64,000 nucleotides of DNA from Syntrophales bacterium (GTDB taxonomy: Bacteria > Desulfobacterota > Syntrophia > Syntrophales > PHBD01), in contig OY764159.1 of assembly GCA_963668175.1 (NCBI GenBank), forward strand, positions 4,096,001 to 4,160,000, read 5' to 3'. A program made the position numbers and the translations under genes. The notes beneath the pieces were generated by a model. The model was not told the origin of the DNA. It did no database searches and was given only the letters and a program-made list of their open reading frames with translations. This document shows, piece by piece, positions 60,953 to 64,000 of this stretch. The stretch's first letter is position 1; the number at the start of each line of letters is the position of its first letter.

Positions 60953-62020
60953 ATGACGAAACGTGTTAAGAAACAATCCCGCAAGGCGGGACTTCCTCCG
61001 GGAACCTTGATTCACATCGGGGACGTGCTGAGCGATCAGATCAAGATATCCCTGATGAGCTATGACGAAGAGCACGTAGCGGAAAGATCCATCAGCACCC
61101 TTCAGGAATGCCGTCTCCCGGAAGATTTTCCCGGCATCACCTGGATCAATGTCGAAGGCCTCCACGAAACCAAGATCCTGGAGCAATTGGGGGCCAACTT
61201 CGGGATGCATCCGCTTATCCTTGAGGACATCCTGAATACAGCGCAGCGCCCCAAGATTGAGGACTTGGGCAAGTACATCTTCATCGTCCTCAAGATGTTC
61301 AACAATCACGAAGATAAGGCGGAAGAGCTGGAATCGGAGCAGGTCAGCATCATTCTGGGAAGCAATTATGTCGTTTCCTTCTGGGAAAAAGAGGGGAAAA
61401 CGCTCGACCCCATCAGGGAAAGAATCAGAAGCGGCAAGGGCCGTCTCCGGAAAATGGGGCCTGATTATCTGACCTATGCCATCATCGACGCCATCGTGGA
61501 CAGCTATTTCATCGTACTCGAACAGCTCGGCGAGAAGATCGAATTCTACGAAGACACGCTCGTCAGCAAGCCGACGCCTCAGACGCTCCAGGCCATCCAG
61601 CATCTCAAACGGGAGATGATCATCTTGAGAAAGTCGGTCTGGCCTTTGAGAGAAATCGTCGGCTTCCTGGAGAGGACCGAATCGAACCTGCTCGACGATT
61701 CCGTCGGCATCTATTTCAAGGATGTTTACGACCATACGATCCAGCTCATCGATACGATCGAGACCTTCCGGGACACCCTGTCCGCCATGCTCGACATCTA
61801 TCTTTCCAGCATCAGCAATAAAATGAACGAAGTGATGAAGGTGCTGACCGTCATCGCCACCCTATTCATGCCTTTGACGTTCCTCGCCGGTGTTTACGGC
61901 ATGAATTTCACGTTCATGCCGGAACTGAAGTGGGAATACGGTTACCTGATGTTCTGGATCTTGATTGCAATAACGGTGGTTTTAATGTTAATCTACTTTA
62001 GAAAGAAGAAATGGCTGTGA
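60953..62020 (+). CDS. corA: Magnesium/cobalt transporter CorA
   Basis: HPLILEDI, QRPK and two C-terminal TM helices with YGMNF and MPEL. Confidence 0.96.
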   Translation: MTKRVKKQSRKAGLPPGTLIHIGDVLSDQIKISLMSYDEEHVAERSISTLQECRLPEDFPGITWINVEGLHETKILEQLGANFGMHPLILEDILNTAQRPKIEDLGKYIFIVLKMFNNHEDKAEELESEQVSIILGSNYVVSFWEKEGKTLDPIRERIRSGKGRLRKMGPDYLTYAIIDAIVDSYFIVLEQLGEKIEFYEDTLVSKPTPQTLQAIQHLKREMIILRKSVWPLREIVGFLERTESNLLDDSVGIYFKDVYDHTIQLIDTIETFRDTLSAMLDIYLSSISNKMNEVMKVLTVIATLFMPLTFLAGVYGMNFTFMPELKWEYGYLMFWILIAITVVLMLIYFRKKKWL

Positions 62021-62093
62021 AAAACGGCCGCCAGGCGCAACGGATATACGCGGTCGCGGAAATAATAATCCATTAATAAGCAGGAGGTACCTC

Positions 62094-62573
62094 ATGAGTG
62101 TTTTTTCAGCCAGTGACATCGTCGAATTTGCCGTCCGCATTGAAGAAAACGGCGCGAACTTTTACAAATACGCCGTCCAGCTTCTCAAAGACGAGGAAGC
62201 CAAGGGCATCTTTTCCCGTCTGGCCGATGAAGAACTGAATCACAAAAGGACTTTTGAAAAAATATTTGCCGTTATCGAAAAAGAGACGCCCCCCGAAAGT
62301 TATACCGGCGAGTATGCCGCTTATCTCCATAACTATGTCGACAACAACATCATTTTCAACAAGGCGAAGATCGACACGGAAGTCGCGGCCGTCAAGGACA
62401 CCATCTCCGCCCTCGATTTCGCTATCCGAAGGGAGCTGGATTCCATCGCCTACTACAACGAGATCAAGGGCATCGTTCCGGCTGCCCATCATGGCCCCGT
62501 CGATCTCATCGTCACCGAAGAGCGGAAACATTTCATGATCCTGACCGGCTTGAAGACAAAATTCAGCAAATAA
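62094..62573 (+). CDS. Ferritin-like / rubrerythrin di-iron domain protein
   Basis: Duplicated E...Y...EExxH pattern (EELNH, EERKH). Confidence 0.88.
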   Translation: MSVFSASDIVEFAVRIEENGANFYKYAVQLLKDEEAKGIFSRLADEELNHKRTFEKIFAVIEKETPPESYTGEYAAYLHNYVDNNIIFNKAKIDTEVAAVKDTISALDFAIRRELDSIAYYNEIKGIVPAAHHGPVDLIVTEERKHFMILTGLKTKFSK

Positions 62574-62585
62574 GGGGCTTGTCCT

Positions 62586-63932
62586 ATGGCAAACCGGGTC
62601 AACGACGACCATGTATTCTACAGGAATCCGACCAAGTACTACCCTCCGGCCGTCAAGGGCGACGGCGTCTATATCTATGACAACGAGGGAAAGACCTATA
62701 TCGACGGTTCCGGCGGGGCCGTCGTTTCCGCCATCGGTCACGGCGTGAATGACATCCGGGAGGCCATGATCCAACAGCTGGGCCAGATCGACTTCACGCA
62801 CGGCACACAGTTCACGTCGAAGGCGGCGGCGGCGCTTGCGGCAAATCTCGTCCGGATCGCCCCGGCTTCCCTGGAACGGGTCTATTTCCTCTCCGGCGGC
62901 TCCGAAGCGGTGGAGACGGCCGTCAAGATGGCCCGCCAATACCAGGTGGACCGTGGCATGCCTTTGAAGTACAAGGTCATCTCGCGGTGGACCAGTTATC
63001 ACGGCAATACACTCGGGGCGTTGGCCCTGGGGGGCCATACCGGCAGGCGGCGTTATTACCAGCCCCTGATCCAGCATACGCCCCACATCGTCCCGGCTTA
63101 TTGCTACCGCTGTCCGTTCGGTCTCGATCCGGAGAAATGCTGCCTCGAATGTGCCGACGACCTGGAAAAAACGATCCTCTACGAAGGCCCCGACTCCGTG
63201 TCGGCTTTCATCCTGGAACCCGTCGTCGGCGCGACGGCGGGGGCGCTCGTGCCCAGGGACGGCTACATGCAAAGAATCCGCGAGATATGCAACCGCTACG
63301 ACGTCCTCCTGATTGCCGACGAGGTCATGACCGGCATCGGCAGGACTGGCAAAAATTTTGCCGTCGACCACTGGAACACCGTTCCCGATATGATCGCCTG
63401 CGCCAAGGGTCTGGGTGCGGGATACTATCCGGTATTCTGCGTCATCACGACGGAGGTTGTACACAAGGCCATCCGGGAGGGAAACGGCCACTTCGTTCAC
63501 GGCCACACTTACAGCCAGAATCCTCTGGCCTGCGCCACAGGGGACGCTGTTCTCGCCTACGTGGAGAAGCACGACCTGGTGAACCGCAGTGCGGCCATGG
63601 GGAAGTACCTGCTTGATAAACTCCGTGTTCTCGAAAGACACGCAATCGTCGGAGATGTCCGCGGCCTGGGTCTCTTCGCCGGTGTGGAGTTCGTCAAGGA
63701 TCGGGCCACCAAGGAACCGTTCGATCCCAAGATGAAGATGAACGCCCTGATCGGCAACCGGGCCTTCGCCAAGGGACTCATTTCATATCCCGGCGGCGGC
63801 GGCGCCGACGGCATCCGGGGCGACCATATCCTCCTTGCCCCTCCCTTCATCATCACCGAGGAGCAGATCGATGCCCTCGTCGGTATCCTCGACGAATCCA
63901 TCGGCGAGATTACAAAGGAGCAGGGGCTGTAA
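62586..63932 (+). CDS. Class III PLP aminotransferase (YodT-like)
   Basis: YIDGSGGA, SGGSEAVE, SRWTSYHG, LIADEVMTGIGRTG, AKGLG and HGHTY. Confidence 0.9.
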   Translation: MANRVNDDHVFYRNPTKYYPPAVKGDGVYIYDNEGKTYIDGSGGAVVSAIGHGVNDIREAMIQQLGQIDFTHGTQFTSKAAAALAANLVRIAPASLERVYFLSGGSEAVETAVKMARQYQVDRGMPLKYKVISRWTSYHGNTLGALALGGHTGRRRYYQPLIQHTPHIVPAYCYRCPFGLDPEKCCLECADDLEKTILYEGPDSVSAFILEPVVGATAGALVPRDGYMQRIREICNRYDVLLIADEVMTGIGRTGKNFAVDHWNTVPDMIACAKGLGAGYYPVFCVITTEVVHKAIREGNGHFVHGHTYSQNPLACATGDAVLAYVEKHDLVNRSAAMGKYLLDKLRVLERHAIVGDVRGLGLFAGVEFVKDRATKEPFDPKMKMNALIGNRAFAKGLISYPGGGGADGIRGDHILLAPPFIITEEQIDALVGILDESIGEITKEQGL

Positions 63933-63934
63933 AC

Positions 63935-64000
63935 ATGGACAAGGTGATCATTACGGCGGCAATCACCGGCAGCCGCATGACGCGGGATATCGCCCCCCAT
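63935..64000 (+). CDS. Beta-keto acid cleavage enzyme (Kce/DUF849 family), 3'-truncated by the window edge
   Basis: MDKVIITAAITGSRMTRDIAPH matches the typical KxIITxAxTG N-terminus; only 22 codons are visible. Confidence 0.72.
   Translation, partial: MDKVIITAAITGSRMTRDIAPH

Noticed and set aside
1..64000. CRISPR arrays, IS elements/integrases, prophage genes, tRNA/rRNA, and a sirtuin-based anti-phage system
   Set aside because: I saw no spaced direct repeats, transposase/integrase motifs or RNA-gene signatures by eye. The sirtuin is a canonical Zn-binding CobB type, not a SIR2-domain defence protein.

Overview
A gene-dense, moderately GC-rich chromosomal window from an anaerobic diderm bacterium. 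Gene content and style suggest Desulfobacterota, probably Syntrophales; this is an inference, with no rRNA present to confirm it. Left to right: partial tsaC, a DUF3426-like gene and hpt; lysS-lolC/E-lolD-bamA-skp-lpxD-lpxA-lpxB-msbA-lpxK; a 12-gene amino/acetamidino-sugar glycan cluster ending in a flippase and a TMTC-like GT-C enzyme; thrC, ridA and a selenocysteine-containing selD (in-frame TGA plus SECIS hairpin, truncated in the ORF track); patatin, a REC-GGDEF gene and a LysR regulator; a three-gene CsgG/FlgT-like envelope operon; split transketolase; rpmH-rnpA-yidD-yidC-jag-mnmE without adjacent dnaA; mtgA and a LysM-NlpC/P60 gene; a methanoredoxin/ferredoxin:disulfide-reductase-like pair; a sirtuin-NRDE-NUDIX-HDAC run; corA, a ferritin-like gene, a YodT-like aminotransferase and the start of a Kce/BKACE gene. 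I saw no tRNA, rRNA, CRISPR array or mobile element. All calls come from motif recognition by eye; no database searches were run. The best candidates for undescribed systems are the lpx-linked lipid-carrier/GT-C glycosylation cluster, the putative deacylation operon and the CsgG/FlgT-like operon.
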